Shown here one piece after another: positions 35,035 to 44,472 of a stretch of 64,000 nucleotides of DNA. The notes below the pieces were generated by a model, which was given only the letters and a program-made list of their open reading frames with translations, did not search any database and had not been told where the DNA came from. This stretch comes from Candidatus Colwellbacteria bacterium (lineage in GTDB: Bacteria > Patescibacteriota > Minisyncoccia > UBA6257 > Colwellbacteraceae). Numbering within the stretch: position 1 is the first letter of the stretch; each line of letters begins with the position of its first letter. Made by a program: the position numbers and the translations under genes. The DNA is taken from the NCBI GenBank assembly GCA_016176525.1, contig JACOWZ010000003.1, positions 459,357-523,356 on the forward strand, written 5' to 3'.

Positions 35035-35619
35035 ATGGAGAAGAAATTTTTTGAAAATAGAGAAGAGCCAAAACAAGAAGTTATTTTTGACAAAACCAAG
35101 GGGACTCTCTTGCTTGAGGTGGATAAGAATAAACTTGGTGTTGAAGCTCTACGTGATGAAGCTATTGCGAGAAATCTAAACGAGAAAAACACATTTCATT
35201 TAACGGTTATTGGGAGTGATACCGCAGAAAAAATAGTTAAATCCTTAGCTGGGCATAGTGGTGATGAAATAGCGGCTGTTTTGTTTAAAATTGAAGATTT
35301 GGCCCGCAAAGTAAAATGGAATGTTGATCTTAAGCCAGAGTTTTATTATGTAACCAAAGAATATAACGATGCTAGTTCTGAAGATCCAGAGCAGTTGATA
35401 AAAGAGATGAGAGAATCAATTATTCAAATTGCGGATGCAAACGGCATAGCAGAATTCTACGACGAGTTGAAAAATTTGACTGGTTTGGAATTTGAATTGC
35501 CTATGCCGCATGTAACGCTCTTTACCAACAGTACGCGTCCAGATAAGAAACTTAGAGGAATTGGAATATATTCGAGGGAGGAATTTCAAGAGATGAATCC
35601 GATCAAGATTGAAGTGTAA
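35035..35619 (+). CDS. 2H phosphoesterase superfamily protein (second copy in the window)
   Basis: two H-x-T-x motifs FHLTVIGS and PHVTLFTN. Confidence 0.5.
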   Translation: MEKKFFENREEPKQEVIFDKTKGTLLLEVDKNKLGVEALRDEAIARNLNEKNTFHLTVIGSDTAEKIVKSLAGHSGDEIAAVLFKIEDLARKVKWNVDLKPEFYYVTKEYNDASSEDPEQLIKEMRESIIQIADANGIAEFYDELKNLTGLEFELPMPHVTLFTNSTRPDKKLRGIGIYSREEFQEMNPIKIEV

Positions 35620-35710
35620 TTGGAACAGAAAAGAATAAGTGTGCCTGCACTATAGTTTGAAGTAAATCCATTTTCGTAGTAATCTCCAGTTAGTTCCAAG
35701 GAGTTTCGAC

Positions 35711-35968
35711 GTGATACTCTCCTCTGAAATAACATGGAAAGTGTTCGGGCAAAGAATACTTGCTTTGGCGCTTATTGTAAGTTACGTAGGGACATTCACG
35801 CTTTTTTACGCGGCATTATTAGCTCCCTGGCTACTTATCTATTACTGGGCTCACTATGAAGTGGTTACGAATGTGATGCTTTGGAGACTCCCATTGTTAT
35901 TTGTAATGATGGGAGTTATCCATACCTCTATTGATGTTGCATCACGCATTTATCTAAAACCACATTGA
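35711..35968 (+). CDS. small membrane protein (85 aa)
   Basis: two or three predicted TM helices; GTG start. Confidence 0.35.
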   Translation: MILSSEITWKVFGQRILALALIVSYVGTFTLFYAALLAPWLLIYYWAHYEVVTNVMLWRLPLLFVMMGVIHTSIDVASRIYLKPH

Positions 35969-35981
35969 GTATCCCGATTAC

Positions 35982-36008
35982 CCGCACTTAAGGTGCGGCT
36001 TTTCTTTA
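35982..36008 (+). terminator. rho-independent terminator
   Basis: CCGCAC-ttaag-GTGCGG followed by CTTTTCTTT. Confidence 0.6.
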
Positions 36009-37535
36009 GAGCTCTTTCAAATCTAGTATTTGGTCGACTCTAATTTGACTTACAAAGTCGGGAACGTGACTTACCAGTATCATCGCGCCATCGTAACGAT
36101 TTAAGGCGTCTGCTATAACCGGAATGTGGCGGAAATTTATGTGGTTGGTTGGTTCGTCCAATATTAAAAGTCCCGGCCGTTGGAGCACAATTTGGGCAAA
36201 AGCCACAAGGCCTTTTTGTCCTTCGGATAGGGCGCCGATTTTGGTTTTTAATATTTCGGCATTTAGCAAAAAACCAGATGCGTGTGAGCGCAACTCTTGT
36301 TCTGTTGCAAAATCAGCCGCGTTTTTGAGCGCATCATAGACGGTTTCTTCAAAGTTAAGAGTGGAGAAGTCTTGTCTGTAATAGCCGATGCGGATCCCCG
36401 AAGCCACATGCTCGCCTTTCGCATGGCCTGTTGCAAGGCGCTCTAAAAGGGTTGTTTTGCCAATTCCGTTTGGTCCCGTGAGAAGCAAGTGGTCTTTCTT
36501 TCGAAGGATAATATTAACCTTCTTTTCAACGTTTTTGTTGTTTTTAACTACTGATACAGATGTAAGCGTGAGCACTTTTGGATCAATCTCACTTTTATCT
36601 TGGGAGGGAATAGTAAACTTTCTTATTGTTTTGTCTTCAACTCTTACGTCCACAATCTCTTCTTCTAGTTCCTCTATTTTCTCCCTCATTTTACGGGCCA
36701 CGTCTCGCATGTGGCCTCCCTTTTGCGCAAAAAAGCCAGCTTGTTCTTTGCGGTGTTGGATGTCTTTCTCTAGGCGCGCATTTTCTCGGTTTTCTTTATC
36801 AATTCTTGCGGCAATCATGCGCACCACGTCGTTATAGTTTCCCTGATATTGCTCAATTTTACGGGTAAAGATCTCCAAATAAATAACGCCGTCGGTAAAA
36901 GAGTTTAAAAAGTTTGCATCGTGCGATATAACTATTACGGTGCCTTTATAGCTTTCTAGAAAGTTAGTTAGATGGGCAATGCCTTCTTTGTCAAGATTGT
37001 TAGTTGGTTCGTCCAACAGTAATAAGTCTGGATTTTGAATAAGGGCCGCGGCAAGAAGCAGTCGCGCTTGCTGCCCGCCGGATAAGCTCTTAACAATTCT
37101 ATCTTTTGATATTTCTAAATTTACCACATCCAATATTTTTTCAATTTTAGGATCAATGTCATAAATTTTTTTAGCGAATTGATTTTCAAAATATTCCCGC
37201 ACAGTTAAATTGCTTTCTCCGCGGGGAATTACTTGTTTTGCTGTTGCAATGGTAAGGCCTTTTTTAATGTGGATTTTCCCAGATTCGGGTTTTCTTGCGC
37301 CTGTTATAAGCTCAAAAATCGTGCTTTTGCCGGCGCCGTTTTGGCCCATAAGCGCAATTTTTGAGCCGTCTTTGATAGAAAAATCTACCTCATTCAGAAT
37401 GGGTTTCAAGTGGCCATATTCGAAGGACGCCTTTTCAAACCTTAATATTGTCTCTCCTGACTTAGGCATAGGGAAGTAGAATACCCTATCGGTGGCTTCT
37501 TTTCCATGGAGGGCGCCGTCCGAATCTGCGTACAT
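36006..37535 (-). CDS. ABC-F family ATPase (ribosome-associated, two ABC domains, no TMD)
   Basis: two Walker A motifs (GQNGAGKST, GPNGIGKTT) and two signatures (LSGGQQ, LSEGQK). Confidence 0.85.
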   Translation of the reverse strand: MYADSDGALHGKEATDRVFYFPMPKSGETILRFEKASFEYGHLKPILNEVDFSIKDGSKIALMGQNGAGKSTIFELITGARKPESGKIHIKKGLTIATAKQVIPRGESNLTVREYFENQFAKKIYDIDPKIEKILDVVNLEISKDRIVKSLSGGQQARLLLAAALIQNPDLLLLDEPTNNLDKEGIAHLTNFLESYKGTVIVISHDANFLNSFTDGVIYLEIFTRKIEQYQGNYNDVVRMIAARIDKENRENARLEKDIQHRKEQAGFFAQKGGHMRDVARKMREKIEELEEEIVDVRVEDKTIRKFTIPSQDKSEIDPKVLTLTSVSVVKNNKNVEKKVNIILRKKDHLLLTGPNGIGKTTLLERLATGHAKGEHVASGIRIGYYRQDFSTLNFEETVYDALKNAADFATEQELRSHASGFLLNAEILKTKIGALSEGQKGLVAFAQIVLQRPGLLILDEPTNHINFRHIPVIADALNRYDGAMILVSHVPDFVSQIRVDQILDLKEL

Positions 37536-38697
37536 GTGGAATACGCTTTCTTGGTAGAGTTAGCATTGCCTCTGTAACACCTGGCAGATCCGGCAGTTTA
37601 GCCACGGGGAGCGTAAGCCGTATAAGCCGCTCAATAACTTTTACATCTCTTTTTTGATCGGGCCGCGCGAATGAAATTGCATGTCCTTTGCCGCCGGCGC
37701 GCCCAGTGCGGCCGATTCTGTGCACATAGTCTTCTGCCATTTGCGGCAAATCATAATTTATAACAAGTTCAATGTTTGTAACATCAATTCCACGCGCGGC
37801 AATGTCTGTTGCCACGAGCACGCGATATTTGCCGTTTTTAAAACCCTGGAGCGCTTCTTTCCGCTGGTTTAGCGATCTATCTGAATGAATTTCGGCGACC
37901 GTTTCGCGCATGGAGCGTACTTTAGAAACAATTCTAGAGACTCCGTGCTTTGTGCGTAAAAATATTAAAACCGAGCCCTTGTATTCTTTTAATATTTTTT
38001 CAAGCAGTTTTGGTTTTGCTTCTTGCGGGATAAAAAACACTTCCTGCGTAACATCTTTCGCGATTGTTCCTTGAGGCGCAATCTCTACTCTAACCGGGAG
38101 TTTCATATACGACCTTGCCATATTTATAATCGCCTCTGGCATGGTTGCCGAAAAAAGCATTGTTTGCCTTTCTTTTGGGAGCGCCGAATTAATTTTTCTA
38201 AGTTGTGGCGCAAAGCCCATATCAAGCATGCGGTCGGCCTCGTCTAGCACCAGAACATTTACTTTATCCAAATAAATGCTTTTTTGTTCAAGGTGGTCGA
38301 TGATTCTCCCTGGCGTTCCGATAACAATGCTCGGGTTTCTATAAATCGCTTTCTTTTGGCGGAAAATCGGTTCGCCGCCTATCAAAGTAGCGGTACGCAC
38401 ACCCAAAGGCTGGCATATTTTCTCGAGTGCTTCGTTTATTTGGAGGGCAAGTTCCCGAGTCGGGGCGATAATTAAGCCCAATCCCTTTTTATTCAAAATA
38501 TATTGGATGAGCGGGATTCCGAAAGCTAGAGTTTTGCCGGTTCCGGTTTGGGCTATGCCCATCAAGTCTTTGCCGTCAATTCCAATAGGGATTGACTGTT
38601 CTTGAATAGGCGTTGGGGTGGTTAATTTAAGTTTTGCGAGAATATCCAAAATAGCGGGCGCGATTCCCAAGCCATAAAAGTTTTTTATGTTTTCCAT
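37486..38697 (-). CDS. DEAD-box ATP-dependent RNA helicase
   Basis: AQTGTGKT, DEAD, SAT and HRIGRTGRAG motifs. Confidence 0.9.
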   Translation of the reverse strand: MENIKNFYGLGIAPAILDILAKLKLTTPTPIQEQSIPIGIDGKDLMGIAQTGTGKTLAFGIPLIQYILNKKGLGLIIAPTRELALQINEALEKICQPLGVRTATLIGGEPIFRQKKAIYRNPSIVIGTPGRIIDHLEQKSIYLDKVNVLVLDEADRMLDMGFAPQLRKINSALPKERQTMLFSATMPEAIINMARSYMKLPVRVEIAPQGTIAKDVTQEVFFIPQEAKPKLLEKILKEYKGSVLIFLRTKHGVSRIVSKVRSMRETVAEIHSDRSLNQRKEALQGFKNGKYRVLVATDIAARGIDVTNIELVINYDLPQMAEDYVHRIGRTGRAGGKGHAISFARPDQKRDVKVIERLIRLTLPVAKLPDLPGVTEAMLTLPRKRIPHVRRFGRRPPWKRSHR

Positions 38698-38717
38698 GTT
38701 CTAATAGTATTGAAAAA

Positions 38718-38745
38718 GTTCAGCTCCGAGGAGGGGTTCGGAGCT
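38718..38745 (-). terminator. hairpin plus U-run between the nuclease gene and the helicase gene (terminator or leader structure)
   Basis: on the - strand AGCUCCGA-accccucc-UCGGAGCU followed by GAACUUUUU. Confidence 0.4.
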
Positions 38746-38922
38746 AATGAAGGGTACCCGGGGCCGCCCAGCGCTAGGTTGGGTGGAGGGTGGGTGGTGG
38801 GCTAAATTAGCCATGCACCAAGCAGCACCCGGGACGGGAGCCATGTGGATTTTAACCACACAATGCTCCCACTTGAGGTCTGTTATGAGCTAAATAAATT
38901 ATACTATAAATAAATACTTTAT

Positions 38923-39672
38923 CTAGGTTCCCGCCTTTTTGGCAGCCTCTCTATATGGGCAATATTCGCAAAGCTCTCCTGCTTTTGGCAAAGAATTTTC
39001 CACAAGGCACTTTTTAATTCTTTGGAGAGTTTCTGGAATCCATGCATCTTTGCAATTGTGTGGGAATACTTGCACGTCAAATTCCAGTTTTTTATCAAAG
39101 GCTTTTCTGTCTGTTTTGCCGTTGACGTAAACAAAATAGCCGATGTCCGCTACTTTAAAACCGTTTTGCCTAAAGAGCCATTGGTATATTTCCATTTGAC
39201 GCTTATATCCTTCTTTCCATCTGCCCTCCATAGTAATCTCTCGCTCGGTAGCAGTAGCCTTGTAGTCTACTATAATTAACTCCCCTTTCGGATTTATCCA
39301 TATATCATCAATTGCCCCGGTTATAAGAAGATTGGTTGGCTTATGCAGATATTGAATTCCTTTAAAGTTGTTGCGCCATACATCCAGCTCCTTGTGCGGA
39401 TACGGTACGGCGTCTATCGCATAGTGTTCCATAAGCGGGTGTTTGGAGCCGTTTGCGCGGTGAATATCAAATTCTTTCTTTAAAAGCGTGTCCACAGCGT
39501 TGTTTAGAGTAAATGCCGGCATTGAGGGCCGCGAAATACCGAGCCTGCGATCAAGATAAAAACAGCGCGGGCATTCGGTGAATAGTTCTATTTTAGAGCG
39601 GCTTAGTTTAAATGGAGATGTGGATTTTGGATCAAATGTAGTTTTATAACGATTATTGCCGTTGTATGCCAT
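38923..39672 (-). CDS. PD-(D/E)xK nuclease with Cys cluster (Cas4/RecB-like)
   Basis: GAIDDIWINPKGELIIVDYKAT core; N-terminal CPRC and C-terminal C...CEYC cysteines. Confidence 0.65.
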   Translation of the reverse strand: MAYNGNNRYKTTFDPKSTSPFKLSRSKIELFTECPRCFYLDRRLGISRPSMPAFTLNNAVDTLLKKEFDIHRANGSKHPLMEHYAIDAVPYPHKELDVWRNNFKGIQYLHKPTNLLITGAIDDIWINPKGELIIVDYKATATEREITMEGRWKEGYKRQMEIYQWLFRQNGFKVADIGYFVYVNGKTDRKAFDKKLEFDVQVFPHNCKDAWIPETLQRIKKCLVENSLPKAGELCEYCPYREAAKKAGT

Positions 39673-39737
39673 AAGACTTTATTTTAACATTGCTTGCGTT
39701 TAATGCATAAATATGGTAAATATAGCGCGCAGGTAAT

Positions 39738-40098
39738 TCAGGTAATAGCTCTGCAAACTTCCGTAATTTTAACCGAAAAGACAGCTCTTTCCAAAGGCGA
39801 GTTTGTAGGGAGGAAAGTCCGGACACCTAGCAACAAGTACAGGTTAACGGCCTGCCGCAGTAATGCGAGAGGTGCGAACAGTGACGCCCCGTGGCGAAAG
39901 CTTATGGGGGAGCCCTATCTCAAGCTAGTCGGCTCAATTCGGTGATAGAGATAAAAAAGCCGAAGTGAAACGTTTCTAAATCCTTACCGGGTGCAAGACC
40001 GTGCTCCGATAAACATCGGAGAGAGTCGCTAGAGCCCGCGAGTAATCTCGGGCCCAGATAAATTGTTGCCAAATACAGAATCCGGCTTATGAATTACC
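39738..40098 (+). ncRNA. rnpB: RNase P RNA (bacterial type A)
   Basis: GGAGGAAAGUCCGGAC (P4 5' strand), ACAGAAUCCGGCUUA (P4 3' strand), P1 pairing AGGUAAUUCA/UGAAUUACCU. Confidence 0.85.
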
Positions 40099-40107
40099 TG
40101 CATATAA

Positions 40108-40133
40108 AAACCCCGTGTATAACGGGGTTTTTA
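40108..40133. terminator. bidirectional rho-independent terminator shared by rnpB (+) and rnhA (-)
   Basis: AAAAACCCCGTgtataACGGGGTTTTTAT, A-run before and T-run after. Confidence 0.75.
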
Positions 40134-40568
40134 TATGCCCAAGTCTTGTGCTTGGTTTACGAGTCTGTCTGCTTCTTTGTTTAATTCTCGCCGCACGTGT
40201 TTAAATTCAACTTTGGGAAAATCTTGTTTTAAATTCCACACTTCTATAAAAAGCGGCTGAAGGTTTTGGTCTTTTATTTTATATTGTCCCGTCATTTGTT
40301 TGTATATAAGTTCGCTGTCTGTGCGCAACTCTATTTCTGAATTCTCGCGTTTTTTGCCTAAAAGTTGTTTTGTCTTTTTTAGTGCAAATATAACAGCCTT
40401 GTATTCTGCAACATTGTTTGTAGCAATGCCGATGTACTCGCTGTATTCTTTGTGCATTCTTGGAGCTTGCGAATCTGTGTTTTCTTCTTCTATAACAACG
40501 CCGATTGAAGCAGGGCCAGGGTTGCCTCTTGCCCCGCCATCTGTGTAGATGATAATTTTATGTTCCAT
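40131..40568 (-). CDS. rnhA: ribonuclease HI
   Basis: TDGGARGNPGPA, E..A..AL and DS.....QM.G.YK blocks. Confidence 0.85.
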   Translation of the reverse strand: MEHKIIIYTDGGARGNPGPASIGVVIEEENTDSQAPRMHKEYSEYIGIATNNVAEYKAVIFALKKTKQLLGKKRENSEIELRTDSELIYKQMTGQYKIKDQNLQPLFIEVWNLKQDFPKVEFKHVRRELNKEADRLVNQAQDLGI

Positions 40569-40574
40569 AAAATT

Positions 40575-40612
40575 TAATTTCTAAGTTTTAATTTCTAAAT
40601 TCTAATCAAGTT
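40575..40612. repeat. TTCTAA-rich AT repeat (site B) just upstream of the rnhA start
   Basis: TTAATTTCTAAGTTTTAATTTCTAAATTCTAATCAAG. Confidence 0.6.
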
Positions 40613-40619
40613 ATAAGTT

Positions 40620-41459
40620 TTAAGATTTAATTATTCGCCAGGGCCAAGATTTGTTAATGTCTAATGCAAACGCTGCTGCTGCCCTGTGCCCCCCCCCTCC
40701 GTATTTGGCGGCGAGCTTTGAAACATCCACTTTGCCGTTTGAGCGCAACGACACTCTCTTTCTGCCACCGGATTCTGCATAAACTATGCCTATCGGCGGT
40801 TTTCTTTTCGTCAGTTCATGCCCTATGGCAGATGTTAGGCTTGCAAAGATAGCCGAATTTGCGGCGAGGGTCTTATATCCCTCAAAGACAACCAGTTGCG
40901 CCCTATCGGAGGCACGTTTCACTAGCCCCTTATTGTGTTCCAGTATTATTTTACCTTTTTCTATAATTTTTTTCCCGTTTTTCCTTTTTTCTAGATCTTG
41001 GGCAATTTTGTCCAAAACTTTAAAGTCAAACTCGTAGAGTTCTAACGCGCAGGCGATTTCTGCTGTGTTTTTAATCTTAAATTTCCATAAGTCAATATCT
41101 TCTATATGGCGCAGAAGTTTTGGTATTTTTTTGCGTGGATGGAAAAATTTCCATGCGAGCACAGCGCCAGAGTGGTGTAGAGCATAAGAATAGTTTGGCA
41201 CACTCTCTGTAATATGCTTTGCGCTTATATGGTGGTCTATTATCGTAAGAGACTTTGCAGATTTCAGTATTTTCTTTGTTTCTTTCTCTGGAAAACAAAA
41301 ATCTAGTGTGTATACTTCTTTGCCTTTTAAGTTTGCTGGCGGCGGTTTTTGGTGTTCTTGGGCAATATAGATTGCGTTTTTGCCGAACTTTTTCCACGCC
41401 GCCCAAGCTGCGCCGAAACCGTCGTAGCAATTCTTATGATAAATAATTACTTTTGTCAT
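40620..41459 (-). CDS. nrnA: DHH-family phosphoesterase (NrnA-like nanoRNase / pAp phosphatase)
   Basis: DHH motifs (CYDG, IDHH) and DHHA1 GGGH. Confidence 0.65.
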   Translation of the reverse strand: MTKVIIYHKNCYDGFGAAWAAWKKFGKNAIYIAQEHQKPPPANLKGKEVYTLDFCFPEKETKKILKSAKSLTIIDHHISAKHITESVPNYSYALHHSGAVLAWKFFHPRKKIPKLLRHIEDIDLWKFKIKNTAEIACALELYEFDFKVLDKIAQDLEKRKNGKKIIEKGKIILEHNKGLVKRASDRAQLVVFEGYKTLAANSAIFASLTSAIGHELTKRKPPIGIVYAESGGRKRVSLRSNGKVDVSKLAAKYGGGGHRAAAAFALDINKSWPWRIIKS

Positions 41460-42514
41460 TTAAGTGTTTCTATTGCTGGCAGTCTTTTACCGGCTAGAAA
41501 TTCCAGCATAGCTCCACCGCCGGTAGATATAAAACTAAATCTTTTCTGCAGGCCAAGCCTTATAACAACTTCTGTTGTGTCTCCGCCGCCCACAATTGAA
41601 AACCCGCGAGATGCGGCTATTGTCCTTGCAACTTTGTTTGATCCCACGCTAAAGCGCTTTGTGTCTATATCTCCCATCGGGCCGCTCCATATTATAGTTT
41701 TTGCTTTTTTTATTGTTTTTACGTAGTTTTCTGCAGTTTTTTTGCCGATGTCCAGTATCTTAGAATCGTTCCAATGCCAATCTACCGGCAAAACTATTTT
41801 CTTCTTTTGTACAAGTTTCTTTGCGAGCTCTAGCATATGTGGTTCAAAAATTGAAGAGCCAATATCTAAACCACTTGCTTTTAGTACGGTGTTTGCCGGG
41901 CCTCCCCCCAAAAGTATATTTGTTGTTTTGTTGTAGAGGTTTTTTATCACGCTCATTTTGTCTTCGATCTTTGCCCCGCCGATTATTAGAACAAACGGTT
42001 TTGTTGGTTTAGTTATTGCTTTTGATAAAGCCTTAATTTCGGCTTTAAAAGTAGGGCCCATGCAGGATTTTATATATTTTGTTATGCCAACGGTTGAGGC
42101 ATTTTTGCGGTGCGCTGTGGCAAAATCGTCGTTTACGAACAAGTCGCCAAGGCTAGCGAGATTTTTTGCAAGTTTTGCGTCGTTTTTAGTTTCTCCAGGC
42201 AAGAAGCGTATGTTTTCTAACATTAACATAGAACCGTGCGGAGCCTCTGTGATTTGGTTTTTTAATCTTGGAAAGTTAAAGTGACTTAGAAATATAATTT
42301 TCCTTTTTAGCCTTTTCTCTAAAAGGACCTTAAGCGGCAAAAGACTTTTTTTTCTATCTCTGCCTTTGGGGCGGTCTCTGTGGCTTATTATTACAAGTTT
42401 ATTCGTTTTTTTAGCTATCTTTGCTATTACTTCGGCAGCTTTATGGAAGCGGATTGATTTTGCTATTTTATAGCCGTTTTTTATATCTAAATTTACGCGC
42501 AAAAGTGTAATCAT
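41456..42514 (-). CDS. pgk: phosphoglycerate kinase
   Basis: RVNLDI N-terminus; GGGDTTEVV; STGGGAMLEFLAGKRLP C-terminal signature. Confidence 0.85.
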   Translation of the reverse strand: MITLLRVNLDIKNGYKIAKSIRFHKAAEVIAKIAKKTNKLVIISHRDRPKGRDRKKSLLPLKVLLEKRLKRKIIFLSHFNFPRLKNQITEAPHGSMLMLENIRFLPGETKNDAKLAKNLASLGDLFVNDDFATAHRKNASTVGITKYIKSCMGPTFKAEIKALSKAITKPTKPFVLIIGGAKIEDKMSVIKNLYNKTTNILLGGGPANTVLKASGLDIGSSIFEPHMLELAKKLVQKKKIVLPVDWHWNDSKILDIGKKTAENYVKTIKKAKTIIWSGPMGDIDTKRFSVGSNKVARTIAASRGFSIVGGGDTTEVVIRLGLQKRFSFISTGGGAMLEFLAGKRLPAIETLK

Positions 42515-42556
42515 TCAGTTAATTATATCACAGAAAAAGCCAAACCCCCGCCGAGG

Positions 42557-42582
42557 CGGGGGCAGGCACATATTATGTAGGA
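42557..42582 (-). terminator. GC-rich hairpin plus U-tract between tpiA and pgk
   Basis: on the - strand CCCCCGCC-ucgg-GGCGGGGG followed by UUUGGCUUUUUC. Confidence 0.5.
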
Positions 42583-42665
42583 GGGCAGTCCACGGGTTGG
42601 TTAAAACCTAGGGACTATACTCATACTCACTCGGGGGCCATTATACATCAAAACACCCCTAAAAG

Positions 42666-43391
42666 TCAAATTAACTTGTTAAATTCCTCCGGGTTTAGAG
42701 AAGCCCCGCCAACCAGCGCCCCGTCTATTTCTGGGTGAGATAGGAACCCCGAGCTATTTCGTCCATTTACGGAGCCGCCGTAAAGTACTTTAGTTTGTAG
42801 TGAGTAGTTTGTAGTGAGTAGAGATTTGATAAATATTGACATTTCGGCGGCGGATTCTGGCGTGTCGGGCGTGCCCGTACCTATTGCCCAGATGGGCTCA
42901 TAAGCTATGATTAAGTTTTCAGTTTTCAGTTTTAAGTTTTCAGCTCCTTTTAGGTCTTTTTCTAGTTGGTTTTGGACATAGTTTTTTGCGGTTTCAATCC
43001 CCTTTTCGCGGATTTCTTTTGGTTCGCCGACGCAGAGGATTATATTTAGGCCGCCCTCTAGCGCGGAGAGAAGCTTTTTGTTTATTAGTTCATCAGTTTC
43101 GCCTCCGCCAACTGGCGGATTGCGCCTTTCAGAGTGTCCGAGTATTACATATTCTACGCCAAACTCCTTAAGCTGACGCCACGATATTTCGCCCGTATAT
43201 GCCCCTAAATCGCCCCAGAATGCGTCCTGCGAGGCCAATTTGGCCTTTTTAAGGGTCTTGCTCGCAGACTCTAAAAACACGTGCGGCGGGGCTATTACAA
43301 CACCTTTGTGATCCTCCGCTTTTGCCAATTTTACGGCCTCTTTTGTAGTAAGAGGATTAGTCTTCCAATTAGCTACGAGTAATTTTTTCAT
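42666..43391 (-). CDS. tpiA: triosephosphate isomerase
   Basis: ANWKTN, ILGHSERR, AYEPIWAIGTG and YGGSV motifs. Confidence 0.9.
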   Translation of the reverse strand: MKKLLVANWKTNPLTTKEAVKLAKAEDHKGVVIAPPHVFLESASKTLKKAKLASQDAFWGDLGAYTGEISWRQLKEFGVEYVILGHSERRNPPVGGGETDELINKKLLSALEGGLNIILCVGEPKEIREKGIETAKNYVQNQLEKDLKGAENLKLKTENLIIAYEPIWAIGTGTPDTPESAAEMSIFIKSLLTTNYSLQTKVLYGGSVNGRNSSGFLSHPEIDGALVGGASLNPEEFNKLI

Positions 43392-44425
43392 CTTGCTTCT
43401 CTTATAAATTTTGCGGCGTCGTCCGGATCCATTATGTTTATATCTATTCCTGTGCCGAGTTCAAAACCGGCTATTTTTGATATTTTGGGCAATATCTCTA
43501 TATGCCAATGATAGTGCTCGTGTTTATGTTTGTCTTTAATTGGCGCAGTATGAATAAAAAGATTATATTGCGGCTTTAGCGCGTTGTGCAATTTTCTTAC
43601 GGTTTCTTGCGTTGCGGTTATGATGTCGTCAATTTGGTTTGCAGGTGTATCTTCAAAATAAGGGTTGTGGCGCTTTGGGTATACACGCGTTTCAAAAGGT
43701 AATCGCGAGACAAACGGCGCGAAGCTTATTGCGAACTCATTTTCAAATATTATTCTTGACCCCTGTTCTTTTTCCCATTTAATCATATAGCAATGCACGC
43801 ATTTACCCGTTCTTTTTTTGTATCTTCCGGAACCTGCAAGAGAGTGTCCAACATCTGGCGGGATTACTGGGAGCGTTATTATTTGGTAATGCGGATGGTA
43901 GACAGAAGCTCCAGCCAAGGGACCTATATTGTGGAACATGGATACGTAAGATATACTGCCGTCTTCTTTAATAAATGCTTTGTATCTGTCAGCAAGGGCC
44001 TTAAATAAGGTTTTTGCTTCGTTATGGGATAAATCCCAAATATCTTTGTTGTGGTCTTTTGTTATTACAACTTCGTGGTGGCCAACCCCGTTTATTGCGG
44101 AGTATGGACCTATTTTAAATAATTTAACAGCCGCACATTCTTTGCATTTTATTTTTCCTTTTGTGTGAGTATGCGTTACTGCAGGATATTTATTGTTTAT
44201 TATTTTTACCAGCCAATTGTCTTTTGCGGCGTCGTTTTTGGGGTAGCTTGCGACTAACGGCCCTGCCCCGGCACGCTCCGGGTGCTCAAAAGGACAGGTT
44301 TTCGCGCTTGTTTTCTCTATTGGTTTCTCCACCGCAAAGTCGTGCGGCCTCTGCCCCCTTGCAGTTGATATTAGTATCCAGTCTCCGGAAACCGGGTCTT
44401 GTCTTAATTCAGAATTCTGAAGCAT
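43388..44425 (-). CDS. galT: galactose-1-phosphate uridylyltransferase (HIT-like)
   Basis: N-terminal RQDPVSGDWILIS..RG.RP and HPHYQI HxHxQ motif. Confidence 0.7.
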   Translation of the reverse strand: MLQNSELRQDPVSGDWILISTARGQRPHDFAVEKPIEKTSAKTCPFEHPERAGAGPLVASYPKNDAAKDNWLVKIINNKYPAVTHTHTKGKIKCKECAAVKLFKIGPYSAINGVGHHEVVITKDHNKDIWDLSHNEAKTLFKALADRYKAFIKEDGSISYVSMFHNIGPLAGASVYHPHYQIITLPVIPPDVGHSLAGSGRYKKRTGKCVHCYMIKWEKEQGSRIIFENEFAISFAPFVSRLPFETRVYPKRHNPYFEDTPANQIDDIITATQETVRKLHNALKPQYNLFIHTAPIKDKHKHEHYHWHIEILPKISKIAGFELGTGIDINIMDPDDAAKFIREAR

Positions 44426-44436
44426 AAGTATAAATA

Positions 44437-44472
44437 TTTTACTACACTAGATTAGAACTTAGAAATTAGATC
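44437..44472. repeat. TTCTAA-rich AT repeat (site C, inverted) just upstream of the galT start
   Basis: reverse complement reads CAAGTTCTAAGATCTAATTTCTAAGTTCTAATCTAG. Confidence 0.6.

Noticed and set aside
38746-38900. SRP (4.5S) RNA in the GC-rich gap near 38.8 kb
   Set aside because: There is an AAGCAGC string, but no GNRA-capped domain IV hairpin and none of the symmetric or asymmetric loop context.
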